A stretch of DNA of 64,000 nt from Dudresnaya verticillata (lineage: Eukaryota). Under the pieces are notes generated by a model, which worked only from the letters and a program-made list of their open reading frames with translations, did not search any database and had not been told where the DNA came from. Of this stretch, positions 35,107 to 47,200 are shown piece after piece. The stretch spans positions 62,001-126,000 of the forward strand of contig OZ374559.1 of the NCBI GenBank assembly GCA_977862235.1. Reading direction: 5' to 3'. The translations under genes were made by a program, and so were the position numbers. How positions within the stretch are numbered: the first letter of the stretch is position 1; each line of letters starts with the position of its first letter.

Positions 35107-35677
35107 GGTGGCTCCCCAAGCACGCTTACGGTTTCAAAACTGGTGAGTAATTGCTTACCGGAATTCGAAAACGCAAGAAGTAATTACGGTAATTACGAAC
35201 GCTGGCCGTCGCTGTCGTCGTCGTCGTCGTCTCTCTCGTCGCAGTCGTCGCCGTCGTCACCGTCGTCGCTGTCGGAGCAACAGCAATGTTTCGCTCGTCG
35301 ATCGCGGTTCGTTCCGTCGCTCAACTGAAATGGGAAAAGAAGAGTTAGCGCACGCTTCATAGGCAGACAGGTCTCCCGCAAATAGTCGCAAGTCGCTCGC
35401 AACATCCGCTTCGCGACGGTGGGGGAGGAGGCTGAACGAACCTGTCGTCCCTAGGGTCGGGCCTTGGTGAGTTTGGTGGAGGGGAGGGGGGTGCTCGCAA
35501 CAGGCTACAGCCTTTAAGTACTGTTTTCGAACAGATCCTTCCTTCTGTTGGCGCGAGTACCGTTCCGGTTTCCATTTCCGCGGGAAAACTGTTACGGTTT
35601 CGCACGCATGACGTGGCGGCCGGCGTCGTCGTCCACGTCGCCGACTCGGATACACTTCACACATTCTGATCTCATCG

Positions 35678-36570
35678 GAGCTCAGATCCAGACGTGATCT
35701 GATCCATTCCTGATATCTAATCAGTTCTGTAACGTGTGTTTGCAAATGTTCTCCGGAAGCATCCGCAACCTAGCACCTGCTTCCACGGAACGATCTTGTC
35801 GTACCTACCCGGTTACTACCTTCCCTGTGGACCGGTTGGTCTTCCCCATGGACCAAACGCTCTTCCCCGTGGACCAAACGCTCTTCTTCACGTATCCAAC
35901 GCTCTTCCCTGGGACTCCGTCGGTCTTCCCTGGAACTGCATTGGTCTTCCCTGGAACTGCGTTGATTTTCCCTGGAACTGCGTTGGTCTTTCCTGGAACT
36001 GCGTTGGTCTTCCCTGGGATTGCGTTGGTCTTCCCTGGGATTGCGTTGGTCTTCCCTGGGGATTGCGTTGGTCTTCCCTGCAACTGCGTTGGTCTTCCCT
36101 GGGGAACTGCGTTGGTCTACTGGTCACGGTCGACGTCGACCATTCTGACTCCGATAGTCTTCACAGCTTCTCATCTCATCGAAGCTCAGATCCAGACTTG
36201 ATCGGATGCGTTTGGTATGTCGGGTCAGTTCTGGAATGTATGATTGCAAACGCGCTCCGGCAGTGTCCGCAACCTAGCACCGGCTTCCAGGGAACGGTAT
36301 TGTAGTATCTACCCGGTTACTATCTCCCATATGGTCCCGTTGCTCTTCCATGTGGATCCAACACTCTTCCCCGGGACCAGATAGTGTTCCCTGGGCCCCT
36401 GTTGGTCTTCCCTGGGACTGCGTTGGTCTTCCCTGGAACTGCGTTGGTCTTCCCTGGGGACTGCGTTGGTCTTCCCTGGAATTGCGTTGGTCTTCCCTGG
36501 AACTGCGTTGGTCTTCCCTGGGCATTGCGTTGGTCTTCCCTGGGAATTGCGTTGATGTTCCCTGGGACGC
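35678..36570. repeat. ~500-bp diverged duplication, each copy with one dyad followed by a 21-bp minisatellite (gcgttggtcttccctggaact)
   Basis: Shared leader agctcagatccagac...gcaacctagcacc at ~35680 and ~36183. Arrays lie at ~35900-36118 and ~36398-36570. Confidence 0.9.
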
Positions 36571-37118
36571 TGCCTCCCCCCGTCATCTGCATACTCTACT
36601 GTTATGCAATAGGGACTTCCTAGCTGTGGACCCTACTTGCATCTTCCCTGCGGAGAATCCTCCTCGCCTCCAGCATTCCCTGGTTTCCGGTTTTTTAGTT
36701 AAATGGGGGGCTTCTCGCCGCTCTTCCCTCCGGGAATATATATAGGTGCTGCAGTACTCTTGAAATGGTAGGAAGGGGATAATCGTGATTAGGACGATGC
36801 AGCAGTACTGCATTCCTTGCGCAACGTAATCAGAATGAGTGCGCCGTACGCGGCGGGGTTCGTGTATGGCAAGCAGAAGACGTGGAAATGGTATGCGATG
36901 CATTCGCTGGGCGATGGGAAGGAGTGATGATAAAGTTTACTCAACAAAGTTTAGAGTGCACGGGAAGGAGTGAACCGCATTGCCGTTAGTGCCAGGGCTG
37001 TCGGGAAATTAGTTGCAATTGCAATTGTTGTTGCAGTGACATTGTATATTGCAATACTGTCCCTATTGGGTCGAGTAGAAATGTTGGAAGCCCTAGTGTT
37101 AAATGCAGTATACGATAC

Positions 37119-38070
37119 GCATATGTGCGGCTTTGTGCGCGAGCGAGATCATATATATCGTTCTGTAGGCGCGTAAAACAACATCAACGGCATTGCACAA
37201 ACTTATTGCACGACGTACGCATATGTTGCAGATGTTATTGGGGCATGATGGCTGTTATGTTGCAATACTGTATATATTGCCGAAGGGGAGAGCATTGGTG
37301 CAACATATTGCTTATTATCTTTAGTAGTCATTCGCCGTCCAGAGCGATGGCTTTGTGGAGTAGAGAATTGCATTTAGTAGAATCTATGCGTTTTGGGATA
37401 GGTTGGAAATGAAACCTAGGATCTCCATTAAGGTCTCTTCGACGCCCAAGAACCCACAGGCAACGTCCTGTACTGACACAAGACATCCACGTACGCATTC
37501 GTACACGTTGCCTTGATCTCGTGCTGCCCTCAGAGACTGAAGGATGAACGCGGCCTCTTCCCACTGTACGGACCTAGAACGACTCCCTTCGTATGTGATC
37601 TACTGTAGCACTCTTGGAGTACGTTCTCCTATCGTTCTCCTATCGACTTGAGATAGAACGCTTTCTTCGAATCTATATTGCATTTGTGCGAGCAATAACT
37701 TGCAATTTTAATGCTCCTAAAACGGATAGAAACCCTTACATTCGCAATTATATCCTGTGACTGCTACCCCATAAGCCCTATTATTGTTTCCGCGTTGCCG
37801 ACCTTAGCAAAGCTGGCATTAAAGCAACAGAACCTCTCTAGAGAGGCCAAACAAAAAGGTTATTTTTGGCTTCGTTTGGTTTGTGGATGGGTGGGAATGT
37901 TTGAACGTCGAATGAGAGAGAGGAGTGAAGCCTTGGGTGGTACGACGTGGTTGTGCTAATACGATTTTGGTCCGCTACCGGATTTTGTAACAGTTTTCCT
38001 CCATTTGTCGGGCTTGGTATGGAGGTTGTGGATAGTCTTCAAACATTATTGCATGAGGAAAGGCTCTCAT
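37119..38070 (+). repeat. ~950-bp segmental duplicate (copy 1)
   Basis: Near-identical to 53115-54064. The upstream 36843-37060 resembles 56675-56830. Confidence 0.9.
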
Positions 38071-40598
38071 GCTCTTCACCCGCGTCCAAACATTCCAGTT
38101 AAACCCCGCTTGCCACAATCACTCCCAGCTGCATATACATTCAACGAGGCGGATGTAAGACGGGCTCTTAGAAGTCTTCCAGTACACAGCTCACCTGGCC
38201 CGGATGGTCTCCGTCCGCTTCATGTTAAGGCGTTAACGCATGCCCCGGGTGGTTCGGAGCCATCCCTTTCTGCAATCGTGGCTCTGACCGCCTTTGTCAA
38301 CAAATGTGCTACGGGCTCTTTACCTCCTCGCTACAGTGCCTGGTTTGGGGGTGCCTTGCTTCTGGGTCTTCCGAAGCACCCATCGTGTGTTTCTAAGCTT
38401 CGTCCTATTGCCATTGGTGGCATCCTTCGTCATTTCGTTGCCCGCCTGTTGATGAAGAAGATTGCCCAGGACAATTCTATTCGTGAATACCTTCTTCCTC
38501 ATAAATTTGCAGTGGGAATCCCTCATGGAGGCGAATCTATTATTCACGCCATACGTTCTTTCGTGGAGTCTAATACTGAGCAAGACTATGTCCTTCTTAA
38601 GCTTGATGCTACCAACGCTTTTAACTGTGTTGAGCGTTCTATTATTCTCAGTGAAGTTATCGAAAGAGCTCCTGGCATTGCAAAGTTTGTGCATTTCCTT
38701 TTCTCGACTGAACCCGTTCTTCTATGTGGCCAGTTTCAGTTGTTCAGTCGGACAGGTACACAGCAGGGTGATCCGTTGAGCATGCTACTTTTTGCTCTCG
38801 CGATTCATCCCCTGCTCATCAACATGCTCTCTACGTTCGCCTCCATCAAACTTCTTGCTGCATATGCTGATGACATTCATGTTGCTGTTCCGCGTTCTAT
38901 TGCTTTCGATGTTATCCAGTTTCTAAAGACCCAAGGCCCCAAAATTGGTTTCAATCTGCACATAGCAGTGGGGAAAACAGAAGCTTGGTGGCCTTCTTTA
39001 TCGTCCCGTCGTGTTTCTCGTTCCACCTCCCTAGGTTGTCCTATCAACAATCATTCTTTTATCACAGTTCTGGGCGCCCCTATTGGCAGCACTGAGGGCT
39101 GTTTACAACATCTAAGAACTAAGCATGAGCCCATCCAATATTTCTGGGCCCAACTGAAGCAGCTTAATGATCCTCAACTCGTTTTTCATTTATTACGGTA
39201 CTGTGCTGGAACTTGCAAGCTTTCATACCTACTGCGATGCACTCCCCCGCAACTAACCCAAGCCATTTCATTAACACATGACTGTGGCATGCGTGGAGTG
39301 TTTGAACACACACACATTCCACTATCGGATGAATCCTGGGATATGGTTTCGCTTCCCATGCGACACGGTGGACTAGGTCTTACAAATGCCTGTCACATTG
39401 CCCACTGCAGCTATATCACCTCCGTCCTGTCCTCTCTCGCCTGGATTCGATGCCTGGTATCTTTTGATGCTCCTACTTTGCACCATTTCCTCGCCCCGTC
39501 TCTTCATAACATTCGCGAACAGCAACTACTCCGTGAAGATCGTGAAAAATGCAGTGTTTCTTCTATCTTGTCGGCCGCATCTTCCATAGCTCATGGTGTC
39601 GTTCCCGCATTGTCCCAAGATCTTCTTCCCTATATTCAAAGAAAATTGCGACACGACCTCATGTCCCAGATGACTACTCAGCATAGCTCTCGTGCCCGAG
39701 TACGGATTCAATCTACCTCTACTGTCAACTCTAGCCGCCCTTTCAGTGCCCTCCCATATGCATCTTCTTCTACCCGCGTGCAACCCGACATATTGCTCAC
39801 CATGCTCAAACTCAGACTGGGTGTGGCGATCTTCCGTGGTGATCGCCCTTGTCCTGCTTGTCTCCATGGCACATCCGCTGAAGTTCCACTCCTTGATATC
39901 TTTGGACACCATGCCACAATCTGTCGATCGGGAACTGGCAGTATTCGCCGCCATGATACCCTCCGAAATCAACTTGGGGCTTTCTTTCGTAATACTGCTC
40001 GGAACCATGGCGTTACTGTTCAGCTTGAACGCAACTTTTCCTACCTAGAGGAGACTGGGGATTCCCGAGTTATGCCGTCTTCTGCACGCACTGCTTCAGA
40101 AAGGCGTCGCGATGCCCGTCAATTACAACGTACTGAAGACCGTTTCGAAGAAGACCGACGTGACCATCTTCGTATGGATCTCTATGTCGATGACCCTGCG
40201 TTTGCTCCCCTCCCGCAAGCATTTGACGTCTCCGTGGTGACACCACACCATCCAACTACACTGTCCAAAACGCCTCGCTCTCAACATCAAGCTATTCACC
40301 GCCGCGAGCAAGCTAAAGCCCGTCATTATCGTCGCTTATGTTCTACCAACCGGATAGAACTCCATCCTATGGTGATGGACATCTATGGTGCCATTGGTTC
40401 TGGGTTCGATCGAGGCGCTCAGCGCGTGGCGAATTTCTTAGCTGCTATGAAGGGCACTTCGCCGATATCTGAGAAACTATCTCTCCTCACCCACCTCACC
40501 TCTCTTGTACTTCAATCTGTCGCGGTGGCTGTTAACCGCCGTTTACTCTTCGACCGTCGCCTTTCAGATGAGTTGTAGATAAGCCCCCTTAAGGGGCT
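38071..40598 (+). mobile_element. 5'-truncated RLE-type non-LTR retrotransposon (CRE-like), frame open to 40578
   Basis: RT motifs SPGPDG, RPIAIG, LDATNAFN, GTQQGDPLS and YADD, followed by CPAC...HHATIC Zn knuckle, RRHD and RMD...FDVSV endonuclease motifs. Confidence 0.9.
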
Positions 40599-41184
40599 GT
40601 AGTCTTTCCTATGCATAAAGGTCTCCATCTCTTTTTGTTCTCAAGCATGTGTTTCCTCTCTCCAAACTTTCAGGAGTATCGGCGCAATGGGTACATAATA
40701 TATTCGCGCATGGTTTCCTTCACGAAGGAGTCTAGACACGATGATAAAGCTATTCTCTGGTCGCGGTCCATTTCAGCACCAAAGCCAATTCCAATTTGTG
40801 TTCGAGATGTTGTTAGACCGAAAAGGGCAGATATACCGACGATGTTCGACGGACCTCCCCTCGGAGACTTGTCTAAAATCGCATGCACGAGAGTCGCACA
40901 GCTCTGCCACGACATTGTTCACGGTTGCTTCGAATACGAACAGGGTTGAGTGATTAAAGTGCCGGTGTAATAGTTTTCTGGCGCCGTCATAATGAGCACA
41001 TGACAAGGTGACAGAAAAGGATCTATCTGTTTGATCCCTGCCATGGCTGTCTTGTAGGACAGGATAAAAGGTTAATAACGTCGGATGGGCTGCAGAAAAC
41101 GGACAGAAAGGACAGAAAAGAAGGGTAAAAAGAGGGCAAGAAGAGGAAAAGAAGCGCAGAAAGTTGCAGAAGCGTCGCGTCAGG

Positions 41185-41920
41185 GACCAGGGCTGTCGTG
41201 CAATTAATAGCAGTAGCAATATATTGCAATATACAATAGCAATGGCATATTGAGTTGCTGATATGATAGCAAATTGCAATTCTTATTGCAGTGACAATGT
41301 ATATTGTAACACCTATTGGGTTAAGTAGTAATATTAGAAGGGCTGTTGCTAAATGCAGTATACGATAAGCATATGTTCGGTTTTGCGGGGAGCGGCATCT
41401 GTAGAGTTTGATCCCGAGAATATAGCATTTTCTAGCCCCATGCTGTAAATTACATCGTACCAAATCATTGCTACTTTATCACTAACAAGTTGCCAGGTCT
41501 GCTTTCTCGCCAACAGGAGCATCGTAGTCGATGATGCACCATCACTTATAATTTACAAGTCATCGATCATTCAGCATTTAGCCAAGAAGCGAAAGGTACC
41601 CTGGAAACTAGATCCTTTTATCAACTGCAACTTTATTCTTGGATCCGTTGCCGAGGTTGACCGGCTCAGGAGTATTGCGGAGCACGTGCTAACCGACAAT
41701 CGCAAGGCGATGACCACCAAGTTTTTGAAGCTATAATATTCCTCAAAATGAATGAACAGGTTTGACATCGCATTACACAAACGTTAACATGGATCCCCAT
41801 GCTTCCTTCACACTATTTAAGTCTATTGCAAACTTATTGCACGACGTAGGCATATTCTGCAGATGTTACTGGGGCATGATGGCGGCTATACCGAAGGGGA
41901 GAGTATTGGTGCAACAATAA
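41185..41920 (+). repeat. Degenerate copy of the AT-rich repeat at 36990-37310, interrupted by ~420 bp
   Basis: Shares aattgcaatt...gcagtgaca and aaacttattgcacgacgta...ccgaaggggagag blocks. Confidence 0.6.
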
Positions 41921-42574
41921 TTTACAATGTTATTGCTTGCAGCCATTGTCCTAGAGCCCGTTGTTCATGTTCTTTTGTAACTCAGTGAATTGATAGCTAC
42001 GTAAGCCAAGCCATTGGATTAATACATCACGAATGCCAGCACTAGCTACAAATGCTACAGTACGGTACTAATGCTATGAATTATTGTAATTGTGCTCTTT
42101 GTTAGAAAGTAGGATGAATCGTGAATTGATGTTGGCTAAGCAACACAGCTATGGATGTTGGACAAGGTGGTCGAGCTGGAAATGAATTTACTCATGACAT
42201 GGCGGACGACAGATGAGATATACGACGTTTTACCGTCGAGCTAGCATTTACTATTTGCATTTAGAGGGACCGTTGCATTTGAGACAGCGACGTAGATTGG
42301 AAGAGCACCAGCGAGTTGAGAGCATAAATAGAGCCGAAGTTGGGAGCTCTAGTAAAAAAGGCATCTGTACTGAAGAGCGAACAGGTCCGCGAGCCAACTC
42401 GGGAGAAGCAGTACAACGCAGAAGAACCGGTATTGCATCTTCAAGGCAGAAGGGAGAGTCAATTCACAGAATTGTAGTTGTGGCCGCATGCAATGGCGGA
42501 CATAAAGTGTCGCACGTCACCTCGATTCTAATTGCCATGCGCAAAGTTGTAGCTCGTTCCTCATCGTTTCTCCG

Positions 42575-43440
42575 AGAGCAAAAGCATCTCGGGTTTTTAC
42601 GATGATTGGGTTTGTGAAAGGGTCCCGGGGTGATGTCGATAAGAACAAGTTTCGATTGGTTATTGTCGAGAACAGCAGTGCTGAACAAGCCCGTGCTGGG
42701 TTAGAGGCGTTGCGGAACTGGAGAAGACAATCCGAGTGACGAAATTGTTGACGGAAGGGAAGGGGTTCTCGTTCGGTGGGCTGCCCTCAGGGAAGATATT
42801 TTGTCCACAGGCTACAGAAAACAAAAAAATCTTTATGACAACGGCAGAAATCCAGCACCATGCTGCCATATTTGTCGGATTCTCTAGTGACAAGGAGGAG
42901 AGAGAAGCAGACGTTGAGAAATGTGTTCAATTTCAGGGTCAAAAAGCGCGTATAGTGGAGGTTCTGACCAGCGTGGTATGGGGTGGTACATGTTCCCGGA
43001 TTCAACCATAATTATGTACTTTGATGGATTGTGTGGACGATCAGGTGCGATTGTTGCCGTCTCAGCGATGAAGGTGGCTCAACAATATCTGAAAGCTATG
43101 CAAGATGGTTTGAAAAGACCTCCGCACGGAAGCAGCGCAGCTTGGAATCATTTTATAGTTACTGATTGTCCTTTGAGCATCCAGGGGGGTTGCGGCTGCT
43201 CTAAAAGTGTGTTGTTGCCAATACCTCGGTAATGGGTTTCGATTAAAGAATGCCTGGCACTCGATGAAGCAGAAGGAAAATGCGGAAGTATGGACAACTG
43301 GTGCCGCATATTCTTGAGTGGGTATCTCAGGGATCAGGCGACTACGCTTTTGAACTACAGGACTCAGTAACGCCGTACGATATATTTATCAGCCACGCAG
43401 GGGCGGAAAAGAGATCCGTTGCCAACCCGCTACGGGATGC
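42575..43440 (+). pseudogene. Decayed Roc-COR-TIR paralog fragment with internal deletion
   Basis: FSSDKEEREADVEKCVQFQGQ, AVSAMKVAQ and ELQDSVTPYDIFISHAG match 47240-48630, with stops and frameshifts. Confidence 0.9.
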
Positions 43441-44255
43441 ATCATCATCATCATCACAACTTTATTGAAGCAAGACGAACATTGGAAATCACAAGTTGTG
43501 GCATTAAGGGATAATAGAGCTGGACACTTTGGTAAAATGCAGTGTGTATCTCCGTAAAAAGCATAGCAGGCAATGCCAAGTAGACCCAGAGGAGGGAAAC
43601 TTGGCCTTCGCCGCTAACCGTCGTCATCGCTGCCGCCCTTACAACAGAGTCGCGAGCCTTCCTTCATCGCAGCGCGGTGCACATGTATTTGGCGCCTGCG
43701 CGGATTGGCTCACTGTGAGATGTTTTGACCGCTCCCAAACATCGTCATCGTACCGCTGCAGTCTCGCGCTCCGCCGCTCAGCTCAGTCTCGCAATCCCAT
43801 CCGTCATCCACCGCCAGCATTTCGTGCCCACCAAACCGTTGTGCAGTCTCGCCGTCACGGCCTCTGCCGCGCCGTGTATGACATGGGCTGTAGCGATGAC
43901 GTCGTTTGAGAGATGGGGAGCTTTATGGTAGGGTTGGAAGGGCGCTAAGTCGCCTTCGTTTGTGCGTGACCGAAACATCTCGCAGAGCGCCACTCCGCGC
44001 AGGCGCCAAATACACGTGCACTGTGCTCTGACGTGACAACGCGCCTTTCGACTTTTACAACATCCGCTCCAAACAGCTCCGCCGCGCGGCACACCGCCGC
44101 CCACGCCGCGCTGCAACACCTCCCGCCGTCCCACTCGCAACTTTCATCGCGGCATAAATAGCGCCGTGCGCTTGGCGCACTCGCTCCCGACACACACACC
44201 CCAACCATCCCATCTCCAACCGTCTCCACCCGCTCGACCGCCCGCTCCTGCCGAC

Positions 44256-47200
44256 ATGGATGCCACACCGCAGCGCCTTGCCCTTCGCCAAGCTATCGAC
44301 GACAATGCCGACGGCGACGACATGGTTGCACTCGCATTTGCGTACTGGGACGCTTCAGATGGAGGGCCCGTTCTGCCTTCGCGAGCCGTCGCCTTGCTCG
44401 AGCGAGCGATTGATGAGGGCGACCATGACGAAGCGCGGCATGGCCTTGCACTGTTGCTGAAGGAAGGTGCCGCGGGAGTGCCCAAGGACGAGCGCCGCGC
44501 CGCGGAGCTGGTCGAGCGCGCCAACGCGCGAGATCCGCACGGGGTGTCGCTGTACAATCTCGGGCAGTGTCTCTGCTTCGGATTGGGCCATTTTGTCAAA
44601 GACACAAAGCGCGCGGCAGCGCTGTACGAACGAGCCGTTGCAGAGTTTGCGAATGTGGACGCAATGGTCAATTTGGGCAATCTCCTCAGAAACGGCGACG
44701 GCGTCGCCAAAGACGCTCCGCGCGCCGCTGCGCTGTACGAACGAGCCGTTGCAGAGTTTGCGAATGTGGGCGCAATGGTCAATTTGGGCAATCTCCTCAG
44801 AAACGGCGACGGCGTCGCCAAAGACGCTCCGCGCGCCGCTGCGCTGTACGAACGAGCCGTTGTAGAGTTTGCGAATGTGGTCGCAATGGTCAATTTGGGC
44901 GTTCTCCTCCAACGCGGCGACGGCGTCGCCAAAGACGCTCCGCGCGCCGCTGCGCTGTTCGAACGAGCCGTTGCAGAGTTTGCGAATGTGACCGCAATGG
45001 TCAATTTGGGCAATCTCCTCAGAAACGGCGACGGCGTCGCCAAAGACGCTCCGCGCGCCGCTGCGCTGTACGAACGAGCCGTTGCAGAGTTTGCGAATGT
45101 GGACGCAATGGTCAATTTGGGCAATCTCCTCAGAAACGGCGACGGCGTCGCCAAAGACGCTCCGCGCGCCGCTGCGCTGTACGAACGAGCCGTTGCAGAG
45201 TTTGCGAATGTGGACGCAATGGTCAATTTGGGCAATCTCCTCAGAAACGGCGACGGCGTCGCCAAAGACGCTCCGCGCGCCGCTGCGCTGTACGAACGAG
45301 CCGTTGCAGAGTTTGCGAATGTGGTCGCAATGGTCAATTTGGGCGTTCTCCTCGCAACCGGCGACGGCGTCGCCAAAGACGCTCCGCGCGCCGCTGCGCT
45401 GTACGAACGAGCCGTTGCAGAGTTTCCGAATGTGGTCGCAATGGTCAATTTGGGCAATCTCCTCAGAAACGGCGACGGCGTCGCCAAAGACGCTCCGCGC
45501 GCCGCTGCGCTGTACGAACGAGCCGTTGCAGAGTTTGCGAATGTGGTCGCAATGGTCAATTTGGGCGTTCTCCTCCAACGCGGCGACGGCGTCGCCAAAG
45601 ACGCTCCGCGCGCCGCTGCGCTGTTCGAACGAGCCGTTGCAGAGTTTGCGAATGTGACCGCAATGGTCAATTTGGGCAATCTCCTCAGAAACGGCGACGG
45701 CGTCGCCAAAGACGCTCCGCGCGCCGCTGCGCTGTACGAACGAGCCGTTGCAGAGTTTGCGAATGTGGTCGCAATGGTCAATTTGGGCAATCTCCTCAGA
45801 AACGGCGACGGCGTCGCCAAAGACGCTCCGCGCGCCGCTGCGCTGTACGACCGCGCCATCGCGGAGGGCGAAGATGTCGCCGCAATGTCCAATTTGGGCC
45901 GATTGCTGCTGAGCGGCGAAATCGATGTTCCGCGAGACGTTCCGCGCGGCGTCGAACTGCTCCAACGCGCCTGCGACAGCGGTCACGAGAGGGCCCCAAT
46001 TTATATGGTTCTGTTGGGCCGAGCGCTTTTGTCCAATCATATCGGAGACGCGCGCGATCCGCCGCGCGCGAAGAGCCTCTTCCAACGCTCAATCGAACTC
46101 CATCGCACCCGCTTCGCACTCTATGAGCTCGCCACATTGCTTGCCCGCGGAGATGTCGGTGTTGCTCGCGATGAGCAAACAGCAGCCGAGCTGCGTCAAC
46201 AGGCAGCGCATCAACTGGTAACGCCCCTTGAGCTTAAAGGAATCGGCAGCCGGTCGCAATACCTTGTCAACCACATCGGTGACACCAGCACACTTGTTGA
46301 GAACACCCTCAGGACCGCCACAGCAAAGCCACGGCAGTGCTTTCTTCTTGTTCTCGGCGGTGCGGCACGCGGCAAGACGAGCACGGTAAGGAGCCTGCGC
46401 TCCATGCCCTTCGTTGCCACCCACCAGCCGAAACACTTTGTGTCGCTGAGTCGCACTCTTGTCGTCCCGGACGGCCCCAAGTTGGACGATGACATTGTCG
46501 ACCAGCTCGCCTTCAACAGCGAGGCCTTCCATGCCCTCATGTCACGGTCAGGTATTCCAGAGTTACCCACGCCAACGGAACGACCAACGTCATCTACAGC
46601 AAGTGCATCCGATGCCGGCTCCTTTCGAGCTGGATCGGCGTTTCTCCCAACTGCAACTGATGCATCATCGCGGCCGAGTGAAGAATCCACCGCAAGATTC
46701 CGCCTTAAACTCCCCACTGGGCTCAACCGAGCTCCTCCGACCAAGAGGACCGTTCCCCAGAGTGGACCTCCGACCAAGAGGACCGTTCCCCAGAGTGGAG
46801 ACACATTGGCAAGCAGCCATACCACTGCTCAACAACCACCAGCTCCGCCCAGTATTGCTGCTTCGCAGTCTATCAACTCCCAAGCGTCTCCCATTTGGGA
46901 AGCAGCACGACAAGGGCTCATGAGTAACGGTTTTCCTGAGGACCATCGCGCTGCGTTGGTGCAATGCTGGGACCTTGGGGGTCAGGCAGAGTATCTCAGT
47001 GTTCCCGCAATCTTCATCCGCCGCGCTTCCATTTTTGTTTTCGTGGTAGATCTGAAAAGGTTTGCGTCAGAAGTCACCCAAGAGGACGAAGTGTTAGAAC
47101 TATGCAACTGGATGCAAATGGCACATGCGTCTTCGCAAACCCCGAAAAACGTTTGGGTGATCCTGGTGGGAACCAGGAAGGCAGAAGTTGAAAGCCCTAA

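Larger units (their letters stand above)
13757..36570. mobile_element. Putative large telomere-associated element defined by dyad arrays and a YR-RecQ gene (right boundary uncertain)
   Basis: The dyad motif was seen only in this interval. The left edge abuts the telomere tract, and the interval contains the recombinase-helicase gene. No TSD was identified. Confidence 0.4.

Noticed and set aside
35205..35275. (GTC)n-like tract
   Set aside because: Ordinary degenerate microsatellite.
35734..36745. ORFs with ALVFPGT / GKTNAVP heptads
   Set aside because: Translations of the 21-bp minisatellite, open in several frames.
38005..38070. N-terminus of the 857-aa RT ORF as a true start
   Set aside because: The TTG start lies in the duplicated flank also found at ~53999-54064, so it is not part of the retroelement.
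44144..46126. Long alternative-frame and antisense ORFs (582, 576 and 519 aa)
   Set aside because: Shadows of the stop-poor 111-bp Sel1 repeats.
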